Positions 34,596 through 45,556 of a stretch of 45,556 bases of DNA are shown here, one piece after another. The notes beneath the pieces are model-generated. The model saw only the letters and a list, made by a program, of their open reading frames with translations, was not told where the DNA came from and searched no databases. Both the position numbers and the translations under genes were made by a program. Source of the stretch: Chiloscyllium plagiosum (lineage: Eukaryota); NCBI RefSeq assembly GCF_004010195.1, contig NC_057720.1, positions 33,884,399-33,929,954 of the forward strand, written 5' to 3'. The stretch's first letter is position 1. Each line of letters starts with the position of its first letter.

Positions 34596-36575
34596 TAGAG
34601 TCATAGAGATGTTCAGCTCGAAAACAGACCCTTTAGTCCAACTCATCCATGCCGACCAGATATCCCAACCCAATCTAGTCCCACCTGCCAGCACCCAGCC
34701 CATATCCTTCCAAACCCTTCCTATTCATATACCCATCCAGATGCCTTTTAAATGTTGCAATTGTACCAGCCTCCACCACTTCCTCTGGGAGCTCATTCCA
34801 TACACGTACCACCCTCTCAGTGAAAAAGTTGCCCCTTAGGTCCCTTTTATATCTTTCCCCTCTCACTGTAAACCTATGCCCTCTAGTTCTAGACTTCCCC
34901 ACCCCAGGGAAAAGACTTTGTCTATTTATCCTATCTATACCCTCATAATTTTATAAACCTCTATAAGATCATCCCTTAGCCTCCGACGCTCCAGGGAAAA
35001 CAGCCCTAGCCTATTCAACCTTTCCCCATAACTCAAATCCTCCAACCTGGCAACATCCTCATAAATCTTTTCTGAACCCTTTCAAGTTTCACAACATTTT
35101 CCAATAGGAAGGAGAGCAGAATTGCACAAATATTCCAACAGTGGCCTAACCAATGTCCTGTACAGCCGCAACATGACCTCCCAACTCCTACACTCAATAC
35201 TCTGACCAATAAAGGAAAGCATACCAAACGACTCCTTCACTATCCTATCCACCTGCGGCTCCACTTTCAAGGAGCTGTGAACCTGCACTCCAAGATCTCT
35301 TCGTTCAGCAACACTCCCTAGGACAGAGGTGGGGAACCTTTTCATGTTGGAAATGTTAGTTGTAATCTAATAAGACCGCATCCAAGAAACTCCAATTGTA
35401 TATTCATCAAAATTCACATTATTTTGTAAAACTCTAACTACTATTACTAACTAAAAAAAAAGAAAAATAAATGTTAAGTCTAAAGTTAACTAACCTCTTA
35501 ATGACATTGTTGTGACTGCTTTTTGGTGGAAAGCATTTGAATATTTGGTTGCAGCATGGAGGTCTGCAGTTTTAGCTGATCCTCTCGATGGATATCTGTC
35601 ATTTGTGACCTTAATGGCGTCTTGATTTTGGTTAAGTAGGAGATTGTAGATTCGCAGCAATAAGTGGTTGAAAAGCAAGAAAGCATTTTTTGTGCATGTT
35701 GCCGAAGGCATGGGTGTTCTGTTGCATTTTTCCATATTTCAATCTTTCTTAGCGTCAAATAAGGACTTTAAAATGTCATCTTCTGAGGGCTCAATCAATT
35801 CCATCTGTAGTTCTTTAGGAGCCTTGGAAACATCAACTAGGTGAGGTTGAAATGCTAATTTGAGTGTGATGTCATGATTCTCAAAGTCAGAGAACCTGTC
35901 ATTGTGTTTCTTATACTGTCTGGTATTTTAAATACATTCATTTTAAGATTAAAATAAAAATAATAAAGGACGCAAAACATATTAATAAATAATAAAAGAT
36001 TTAATCTGCAAAATTTGGATTCATTCAAAAGACCACACACAATGACCTAGAAGGCCGCAGGTTCCCCACCCCAGCCCTAGGACCTTACCATTAAGTGTGT
36101 ACATCCTGCTAAGATTTGCTTTCCCAAAATGCAGCACCTCACAGTTATCTAAATTGAACTCCATCTGCCACTTCTCAGCCCATTGTCCCATCTGAGCAAG
36201 ATCCTGTTGTAAACTGAGGTAACCTTCTTCGCTGTTCCACTAACCTCCAAGTTTGGTGTCATCTGCAAACTTACTAACTATACCTATTATGCTCACATCG
36301 AAATCATTTATATAAATGATGAAAAGTAGTGGGCCCAGCACCGATCATTGTGGCACTCCACTGGTCACAGGCCTCCAGTCTGAAAAACAATTCTCTACCA
36401 CCACCCTCTGTCTTCTACCTTTGAGCCAGTTCAGTATCCAAATGGCTAGTTCTCCCTGCATTCCGTGAGATCTTACCTTGCTAACCAGTCTCCCATGGGG
36501 AATCTTGTCGAACGCCTTAATGAAGTCCATATAGATCACATCTACCACTCTGTCTTCATTAATCCTCTTTATTAC
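34596..36575 (-). mobile_element. CR1 (HER1-like) LINE, ~1.2 kb 3' portion, interrupted by a hAT
   Basis: VDVIYMDFIKAFDKIPHGRL…SGVPQ; FADDTK; RTRGHRF…NFFTERVVRVWNELPEEVVEAG. Confidence 0.95.
35324..36074 (-). mobile_element. Internally deleted hAT (Buster/Charlie; OC1/OposCharlie-like) DNA transposon
   Basis: TIRs CAGAGGTGGGGAACCT / AGGTTCCCCACCCCAG; 8-bp TSD CCCTAGGA (35316-35323 and 36075-36082); hAT dimerisation domain KELQMELIE…IWKN…MLSCFSTTYCCESTISYLTKIKTPLRSQMTD. Confidence 0.93.
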
Positions 36576-38559
36576 TTCTTCTTCCTTTTATATGTGTCAA
36601 TAAACTATCTCAGTTTCTCTGATTTGGATTCTATCCTTTTTTTCCACTCTTCTGATGATCTTTTAACTTCTCCATCTCTTCGTTCTCAGTGTGTGGCAAG
36701 GTTGGCATTTATTTCCCAGTCCTCGGTGCCTTGAGAAGCTGGCTGTGGGTCAGTTTTGGAAGCACTCCTGTTGTGTGGAGAAAATTATTAAGCAACACTG
36801 AGGAGATACAGGATTTAAAACCAGTAGCAGTAAAAACATTGACAATATAGGTCAAAATCAAGATAGTGATTGACTTTAACATGTTCCCTTCCCAAACAGT
36901 TGTTGTCCTTCCAGGTAATGTATCTTTTTATTTCCTGAAAGCACTCATAGATTGCAGCAGTTAATATTAGTTCACTTTGTACATAGTTGATAGCTGATCA
37001 ATTTTTGTGCTTGCCATTATGATGAGATTTAAAACAATGCAGGCAAGAAGCAGTTTTCTACACTTGTTGATTGCCACCACTTTTGAAATTGACAGAACCA
37101 TAACTCCAGGGGTAAAGAATGAGAATGTGCTGGATCCTTCTGTGGATCTAGATAGTGTAATTAGATTTGAACATTGAGAACAAATCATTTAAGACACACC
37201 AGTTTCAAAATATGAATCCCTGATAAACTACAGGCAGTATTGGAGCAATTATTTTCCGGCTTCTGATCAAAATCACTACATGACAATCTGAACTGCTCAT
37301 TTCGCATGTGCACCAGAATGCAAAAGTTGCACAGAATTGCCATTTTTTGTTTGAGAAATATATAGGACTGTAATAAGTTGCAATGCTGAAGAGAACAGAG
37401 CGAGCCCCCTTCTTGCAACATATCTGCAATGCATTCTCATGCTTATCTACCTGCTGGTTTCTTGAAGGAGAACAAATGCTGAAAATAAATGGAAGTGACC
37501 ATTGGTTTCAGGAAAATGTCAATGCAATATGGAAAATCTCAAGGGTGCTGTATGTCAGTTCTATAGTTGGTCAAACCACAGGTTAACAATTGTTTCAGAT
37601 TACTTTGCAGTTGCAACAGCATTTTGTCTTTCTGTTTCTTTCATCTTTGACCCTGCTATTTTGAATTATATTAAGTGTTGCAATTTCATTAGTTCAAGTC
37701 CCATTCTAACACTCATATTTTAAAGATGGAACGACATGAGCACGGAAACATCAGGGTTAGGGTTAGGATTATGTTCATTTTTTGCATCAAGATAAAGGAT
37801 GAATCAAATATGTAAAGGATATATGGAAAGATTAGAAAAAAGGATGCAAAGAAGAAAATCATAATTAACATCAAAATATTGAAAAGTGGATTGAAGTGCC
37901 GAAAATAAAAAAGATTCCTGTGGGAAGTGTTCCCCCAAGACTCTTAGAAAGTAAGTGTTGCACTACAAGACCTCACTTCCTGGATTTGAGTACTTTAATT
38001 ATTCTTCCCCTTATTATACAACTGATTATGACACATTTATGTTCCACTGTATTCCCACTGGAGCTAATTTCTTTTATATGTAATTATTAGGCTTCAGTAT
38101 TCAGTGTGAAAAAAGTGCAATATGCATTTTGAAATTGTAAGGCAAATAAGTTAACCTGTTCAGTTGTAGAAAAATTCACAACTTCTATGTCTCAAACTGT
38201 TTTGTAACCAATGAAGTACTTTGTCTGAAATGTTATCACAATGGTGATTTGGACTTTGTAATACTTTATAAGTTGTAGCTTTTTTTAAGCTGTTCATTTG
38301 CTTTCCTGAATTCTGCAAGTGCTGTGTATGATGCATTAACAACTTTGAACTTAGTCCATGTACTTTTGATGCTCACTGTTAAACCTGGTGTGGATTCAGA
38401 GTTGTAGAAAGAGTTAGAAGCTAGAACTGGGACCGGCAAGTAGACATTTTGAAGCACTGAAAATAACACCAGTTACGCTCAGAAAATAGTGTCACTTCTG
38501 CTTATTTCTGAGATGTAGCACTTTTCATAATTACCAAACATTTCCGAGCAGTTCCAGTC

Positions 38560-38760
38560 TTCAGAGGTATAGTCACTATTCTGGGAAATATGGCAGCCAA
38601 TTTGCACACAGTCACAAATAGCAGTGTGACAATGAGAAGATAAGCTTTTTTTAGTGTGAATTGATGTCTGAAAGACAGCACCTCCAATAGTGCAGCCGTA
38701 GCACTACATTGAAGTGGCAGCCTGGAGTTTTGGATTTAAATTGCAGAACTTGTTTCAGAA
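38560..38760 (-). mobile_element. Deu-domain SINE fragment
   Basis: GGCAGCCAATTTGCACACAG…GAAAGACAGCACCTCCAATAGTGCAGC…GTGGCAGCCTGGA. Confidence 0.65.
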
Positions 38761-38957
38761 ATGCAAAATAACTTGTGCGGGAGTAGGTAAACCTTTCAAA
38801 GGTCAGAATACAAAAATGATTGTCCATATTCCAGACCAGAAACACAAGATATTTTAGTAAGATTTTTATTGTATTGGTTAATGTCCTTCATTTTGATAAG
38901 TTACCAATAGATAGTCAATGTCAGTGATGTTGGATACACTATTTCAGTTAAACAGGG

Positions 38958-39150
38958 GTGAGTTAGCTCTGATGGCTGGCTGTTTTGCAATGCAGTGTGA
39001 TACCAGCTTACAGGTTCAGTTCCCAGCACCAGCTGAGGTTACCATGACAGTCCTGCCTTCTTAACTCCTCCCTTGCCTGAGGCATGATGACTCGCAGGGT
39101 AAATTCACCATCACAGCAGTCATCTCTATCTAATTGGAGAGTAGCCCTTT
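38958..39150 (+). mobile_element. tRNA-derived SINE (family A)
   Basis: GTTAGCTC…GGTTCAGTTCCC…CTGAGGTTACCATGA; homologous to the reverse of 14003-14195. Confidence 0.7.
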
Positions 39151-40519
39151 TCCTTTATTTCAGTTAATACATCTCCAGGCAGACAGCAAGTTTGGCCTTG
39201 ATCATAATGTGTAAACCCAGCACTGTCACTTGTGCTCATTTTTCTTGATTGAATAAATTCTGTCAATTTGGATTACTGCAACTTGAAATAGTGAGTTTCT
39301 AATTGCCCAGAGGAGTCAAGAAGTCGAAACATTTCATTTTGCACTCATCAGACTAGGTCACAACAGACTTGAAAAATTTACACCAATTTATACAGTGAGG
39401 AGAGGGGATTAGCCTCAAATCTCCCAGGCATCAGGTTGCTGAGCTCAGAAGGTTTTGCCATGTAACATGTGGCATCCCCTCATCCACCTGTGGAGGTATT
39501 GGAATGTGTTGGGGAGCATCCCTGCAGCTGAGCCAGAAGCCCTGTGTTCAAGTCCTAATCTGGAACTTGATGGCCATGGAATGTGGTCAAACAGATTAGT
39601 TATCAGTCTGTAAATATTTGCAGTGCTCCCATTGGAGATGGTAAAAATAAGAAAGACTTGTGCTTAATCATGTTTGATATGGAGAATCTAGCAACAGGCC
39701 AGTGACCTGTTCCAGGACAAAAAAAAAGTTGTGGAAACAGACCAATGTCTTGTGCAGGAGAGCCTCCAGCCTAAATCATCCTCTCACCCTTTACAATATA
39801 GGCCTGGAGTTTGGATTCTGAGGCTGCTTGCTTCTCTGATATTGCACTACACTATTATCACTAGCCAACCATTATTTTTGAACTTTGTATATCAACTAAT
39901 CTCTAGTGACTTCTAGTGATACAAGAAGAGAATTTCAGTCACAACGTCAGTCCTCCAATATTTATTATTTTTGTGAGAGTTTCTAAAGTTTGCGTTTGTA
40001 AAATCTATAGCCTGGACGTCTGAGACACATGATTAGACAATCTAGCATCAGTGCATTTGTTAGCTTGGCACAAAACTCTCAAAATCAAAGTAGAGGGAGA
40101 GAAATGGCAATGTGATCAGAGTTACATTAACAGGTTAAACGCTTCCTCACAGAACAATTGCAGAGATATTGTATATTGTTATATTATGGCAGTGCATTCT
40201 GGAATTCCTTTTTTCAAACTGTTAATTAACTATTTTTGAAAGAGGCCTAGGTTTCTAACAGTCTCTGGATAAATCCAAGACAAAAGTAATCCAAGTCCCC
40301 TCATTAGAGAGTTGCTCCATGCTTATGATAACTGAACTAGCATTCCACAGCAAGTGGCGTCCGCAGCAGTAAATGGGCAGACTCTGTATCGAAAACAACA
40401 AATCCTGGAGATTACAGCAGGTCAGACAGCATCCATAAAGAGAGAGATTTGTTGTTTTCAGTATGGATTCCAGCATCTGCACTAATTTGCTCCTGGACTA
40501 ACTCTATTGCCTGTGAAAA

Positions 40520-40960
40520 ATTTGATTTGACTAGCAGCACAAGACAAGAAGTGCCGTGGCCCAGGAAGTTGCCAAACTGCCATCTTTTAGCATTGACAAT
40601 GTGTCGCTGCAGGTTTTTGATAGTTTCACAAAGCTAGGTCCCACAATCACCAGCAATCTGTCACTTGATGCTGAAATCAGTACACATATCACAAAGGTTC
40701 CAATTGATATGTGCAAGCTGAGTAAAGAGTGTGAAGTAACAACCCTCCAACTGAGAACACCAAACTGGGAGCTGACAAGCCTGTGTCCACGGTGCATCCT
40801 TCTACAGAGGTCAGACATGGACGATATTTGCTAGACAAGAGAAAAGGCTGAAGAAATTCAACTTTTGCTGTCTTAGAAGTATCCTTGACATCTCCTGAAA
40901 GGACCAGGTCAACAGTATGAAGATGGTGCAGAATGGTAATTCCATCAGCAGACTGCCCAC
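40520..40960 (+). mobile_element. RTE (BovB-like) LINE fragment
   Basis: ORF 40556-40834 SIDNVSLQVFDSFTKLGPTITSNLSLDAEISTHITK; downstream ARQEKRL…CCLRSILDIS. Confidence 0.85.
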
Positions 40961-42159
40961 TACACTCCTGAAGTCTTATTTACTGAGTTGCATTTCCAAG
41001 TCTTAATGGCCACTCTTGCCCCCAACCCCCTTTCCCTTTAGTTTCTGTAGACTGACCTGAAGACCTGTCACTGGCTCATCCCCTTGAGAAATCTTACCAG
41101 ACAGCCTGAGACAAGAGGTGTTCTGACTCCTGACTAGTGGCTTCACCTTTTGCTGACTGTGTTAGCCCTGCACCGGAGACTCGCCTCACTGCAGTCACAG
41201 GACTGACTGTGACTTGCTCCCCAGACTACAGAGGCACAGATTCCTTGGTAGAGATCACCCTGAGTGGACAGTTGATTGTGGCCAATCCCCTGCACTGGTA
41301 TGGGAGGCTGCCCTTGGCTTACTGTGCCGGTTGAACTCTCTGACTGACAGGTGCCCCCCATCAACTTTGGTGAGGATTATTCCCCTCGGACTTTGAGACA
41401 TGGCTGCTTGCTTGGTGCAGTGTGTTTACTGCATAAACTGTTGGTGCATGGTTATGTGTGAATTGATGTCGCACACTGCTGTACAGCAAGATGTACAGCC
41501 CCCCTGACTGAGGACTGTGCACAGCAAGGCAAGCTGCCTGGTTATGTGACTGTGTTAATTGGCACAGCAAGACAAGGCAACATAGGCATGTTATCAGCAA
41601 GCAGGTGAGCAACTAATTGAGCGAGTGCTATGAGCAAATGAGCAACCCTGAAGTGTAGCCTTATCCAACCCCTTGAGCTGTGAGCCAATCTGAGCTTGCA
41701 GAGTGACCCCTGTTGCAGCATTTCAATGGCATATCCTGCAAGGGAGGTCTGTGCTTCCAGAGCACAGTGCCAATGTATTTAAATGGTGCCATGATGGTAC
41801 TCAGGCCTTGGCAGATGCCAGGTGCTAATGTCTGTGGATAAGGGGTGCACATCGCTGGTTCCCAAGGATCATGCTATAGACTGCATATGGTTTGAATCGC
41901 TTGGGGTGAGTAGTGAGCTGAATCCACCATGTTATCTGCTCTGGTTTCCATGTTTTCTCAACATCTAGATTGTTTGGTAACTTTTGAGGCAAATTGGATG
42001 ATGAGTTTAAAAGCAATAATTCTGCTTAGCTAGCAACTTGCCGCTGCAAGCAAGAAACATAACACACCATTTGTGCAAAGCATAAAGAATGTCATGAGAC
42101 ATCAGGATGGACCTCATCAGACTTCTCATCTGAGTCTATCACATATCTTGCCATAGTCC

Positions 42160-42305
42160 ACATCGTGCTGTGCTAAAATAACTATGCCTGAACCAATATC
42201 ACCAAAATAGATGATCTGCTAACTTAGCGCTGTTTAGAAATCCTGTGCAGAACTGACTGTTGTCTTTTCCACATTACAACATTTACTACATTTCCAAGGT
42301 GGCGA
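42160..42305 (+). mobile_element. Deu-domain SINE 3' fragment
   Basis: Inverted homolog of 44415-44560. Confidence 0.6.
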
Positions 42306-42802
42306 CTGAAGTGACAGACCTGAAATACAAATTCATTGTTTTTGTTTTTGTCACACTGACATCACTTCTAAGTTAAGCAGTGATGCTTTTTAATGCAAAG
42401 CATGTTGTTGTATTGTGCTTGTATGAAGTTCTAACACAAAGTTTCTCACAGCTTTTCAATGATAACAATACCACTTTTTACAATTCTTATTAAGAAAGAA
42501 AAATTGAGAGAAAAATAATAAACCAGGGAGAACCCTTCTCCTTTAACCAAACTTTTTTTTTTGCTTTTCTCCCCCAATGGCTTCTTCTGTGACTCAATGT
42601 TATACTTTCTTTTATAATGGTCCTGCAAAATAACATATTTCATTATGTTAATGTCAGACAAACATGGGTTGCCAGCGGTGACTTTTTAAAATCATTAACC
42701 CTGAATTGGTACAAAGTGTGTATTTGGAACTGAATAAAAAATGGTTCACACATGAGCAAACATTTAGCAAGTTGACTCATTTTTACTATGCATAAAGATA
42801 TT

Positions 42803-42992
42803 GTCAGAAGTCACATGACGCCAGGTTCTAGCACAACAAGATTATTTGAAATCACAAGTTTTTAGAAGGCTGCTCCTTCGTCAGGTGAAGGCTGTCTGAA
42901 GGGTCTGATTTCAAATAAACTTGTTGGACTATATCTGGTGTTGTGTGACTTCTGACTTTGTCCACCTTAATCCAACACTAGCACCTCCACAT
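42803..42992. mobile_element. Older foldback Penelope-type terminus (different family)
   Basis: Inverted arms ~42803-42857 and ~42903-42956; reverse hammerhead-like CCTGACGAAGGAG…TTCTAAAA at ~42858-42886. Confidence 0.65.
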
Positions 42993-43014
42993 TATGGCAT
43001 AAATATATTAGTAA

Positions 43015-43563
43015 ATAGTTTGAGTATAGGAGTTGGGAAGTTATGTTGTGGATGTACACTGTTGGAATACTGCATTCAATTCTGCTCTCCTGCTAGAGGA
43101 AAGATGATGTTAAACTTGAAAGGGTTCCAAAAAGATTTACAAGGATGTTGCCAGGGTTGGAGGGTTTGAGCTATAGGGAGAGGCTGAACAGGCTGGGGCT
43201 ATTTTTCCTGGAGCGTTGGAGGCAGAGGGGTGACCTTATAGAGGTTTATAAAATCATGAGAGGTATGGTTAGGGTGAATAGTCAAGGTATTTTCTCCAGG
43301 GTAGGGGAGTCCAAAACTAGAGAGCATAGGTTTAAGGTGAGAGGAACAAGATTTTAAAAGGGACCTTAGGGGCAACGTTTTCACACAGAGGCTGGTGTAT
43401 ATATGGAATGAGCTACCAGAGGAAGTGGTGGAAGCTGGTACAATTACAACATTTTAAAGGCAGGTGGGTGTATGAGTAGGAAGGGTTTAGAGGGATGTGG
43501 CCCAAATGCCAGCAAATAGATCTAGGTTAATTTAAGATATCTGGATGGCATGGATGAGTTGGA
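43015..43563 (+). mobile_element. CR1 (HER1-like) LINE 3' portion
   Basis: MLPGLEGLSYRERLNRLGLFFLERWRQRGDLIEVYKIMRG. Confidence 0.92.
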
Positions 43564-44414
43564 TAAGTAGAATAATTAAATTATGACAACTTTATTGTTA
43601 ATTCCAGCATTACACACTTCCTGACAATTTGGATATGTAAAGAAAGGACTGTTTGACAAAATTATTGGAAGTTGAATGATAGAATTGTAAGAGTTTCTTA
43701 TCCATATTGCACTGCAGCCTTTATTCTTTCAATCACTGGAGCCTTTTTAAAAAGAATACATTCTGGTTTTACTATGCAACTGCAACATTATCTGCTGTTT
43801 AGGGCTATAGCTTTTCCTCCAATGTGTTATCTCCACATCCAGCCTTTCCAATCTCCATATAGGCTGTAATAGAGATAGTTAGCGTCTGTGAGCAGTACTT
43901 CTATCAGTTTGATTTATGTGCCCAGCAGTTCAGTTTACGTTGGGGATGTGATTAGATGACTCAGCCTTTGAATTTAATGGAAGGCATTAAGCTTGATGTT
44001 TTCATTCCTGTTTAATGGCATTATTTAGAACCCAACACGAGACTGTCTGACTGTGAACATAGGAACTTGTCACTTCATATTTGTCAGAACTAAAGGAAAA
44101 GTTCAGTTTCAGAGCAGCACTTCATATTAAGGAGACATCAGAACTCAAAACCAAACCCTGTCATTCTCTTGTTTAGTTCATTTCTTGTCCCTTACTTGCC
44201 CCTTGGTTTAATTAATTTTTTCTCTCTCTATTTTTCTTTCTTCAGTGCTGCTTTTAAAGTAGCATTGTTCGCGGTGAAAAGTTGTGAGACAAGCTTCGTG
44301 TCAGTGTTTCATTCGAGAACATGGCAACAGCATGCTTTGCATTCAAAAGCATCATTGTTTGACATCCTTTCTACGTTAATGTGACAAAACGAAAAGACTG
44401 AGTTTCCATTTAGA

Positions 44415-44770
44415 GTTTGCCACCTTTTGAAGTGTAGTCAATGTTGTGATGTGGGAAATGTAGCAGTCAGTTCTGTGCAGGATTCGAAAACAGCACTACA
44501 ATAACTTAGAAGATCATCTGTCTTGGTGATATTGTTTGAGGGATACTGTCTTAGCACAATGCTGGGAGAACTCCCCAACTGGTTTTCTCCAGAAATTACC
44601 ATAAACATTTTCACCAGAGTAGACAAATTCGATTTAAAAGATGGCACCTCCAACACCACAGAGTTCTGTCATTTCCAACCTGAAGTGTTGAGCTAGTTGA
44701 TTGGCTCACCTTTCTGGGATTAGACCCGAGCCCATGATCTTCAGTCCTCTCCCTGAGCCTAGACTGCGAC
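44415..44770 (-). mobile_element. Deu-domain SINE (SacSINE1-like), near full length, degenerate
   Basis: GGGAGAACTCCCC…AAAAGATGGCACCTCCAACA…GAAGTGT motifs; homologous to 38560-38760 and 42160-42305. Confidence 0.65.
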
Positions 44771-44843
44771 CTGATCTACATTCTTTAGCTCCTTAACTCC
44801 CAAAATTGGGAAGTCTCCCAGGGGAAAAAATATGCCACTGAGA

Positions 44844-45556
44844 TAGAGTCATAGAGATGTACAGCATGGAAACAAACTCTTTGGTCCAACCCGTCCATGC
44901 CGACCAGATATCCCAACCTAATCTAGTCCCACCTGCCAGCACCCAGCCCATATCCCTCCAAACCCTTCCTATTCATATACCCATCCAAATGCCTCTTAAA
45001 TGTTGCAATTGTATCAGCCTCCACCACATCCTCTGGCAGCTCAATTCAAACACGTAACTCCCTCTGCATGAAAAAGTTGCCCCTTAGGTCTCTTTTATAT
45101 CTATCCCCTCTCACCCTAAACCTATGCCCTCTAGTTCTGGACACCCCGACCCCAGGGAAAAGACTTTGTCTATTTATCCTATCCATGCCCCTCATAATTT
45201 TGTAAACCTCTATAAGACCACACCTCAGCCTCCGACGCTCCAAGGAAAACAGCCCAGCCTTTTCAGCCTCTCCCTATAGCTCAGATCCTCCAACCCTGGC
45301 AACATCCTTGTAAATCATTTCTCAATCCTTTCAAGTTTCACAACATCTTTCTGATAGGAAGGAGCCCAGAATTGCATGCAATATTTCAACAGTGGCCTAA
45401 CCAATGTCCTGTACAACCGCAACATGACCCCCTAACTCCTGTACTCAATACTCTGACCAATAAAGGAAAGCATACCAAACGCCTTCTTCATTATCCTATC
45501 TACCTGTGACTCCACTTTCAAGGAGCTATGAACCTGCAGTCCAAGGTCTCTTTGTT
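44844..45556 (-). mobile_element. CR1 (HER1-like) LINE 3' portion, running off the window
   Basis: Highly similar to 34596-35323; LIEVYKIMRG…RTRGHRFRVRG…RGNFF. Confidence 0.95.

Noticed and set aside
37752..37767. Telomere-like TTAGGG units
   Set aside because: Only about two units; insufficient for an interstitial telomeric site.
41050..42050. Possible Harbinger/Myb-like or host exon remnants
   Set aside because: No motif or splice structure could be supported by eye.
42160..44560. Long-range inverted repeat suggesting a large TIR element
   Set aside because: Explained by two oppositely oriented Deu-SINE copies; no TSD or transposase.

Overview
Repeat-dominated vertebrate DNA with a 500-N assembly gap at 23569-24068. 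The repeat repertoire (HE1 SINEs with their HER1/CR1 LINE partner, Deu-domain SINEs, Penelope-like elements) points to an elasmobranch, probably a shark. No intact multi-exon gene or intact transposon ORF can be supported. Most ORF-track entries are fragments of CR1, Penelope (GIY-YIG), RTE, Copia, Gypsy or hAT elements. The best host-gene candidate is an unidentified terminal exon on the minus strand (21388-21632). The most striking structure is a solo LTR (27755-29202, TG..CA ends, 5-bp TSD GTTAT) whose TATA box has been hit serially by a poly(A) retroelement. The 14-bp target is regenerated each time, all three cassettes share an identical 5' end, and two appear to carry 3'-transduced DNA from other LTR copies. 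A second, related solo LTR (16264-16748) was hit within the same ~14-bp window by a different poly(A) element. Together these suggest LTR-promoter-targeting non-LTR retroelements. Also present: many minimal hammerhead ribozyme motifs in Penelope termini, foldback Penelope insertions, an OC1-like hAT inside a young CR1, a decayed GalEa-like Copia, and a templated filler at a LINE 5' junction. Family assignments come from recalled motif similarity, not database searches.
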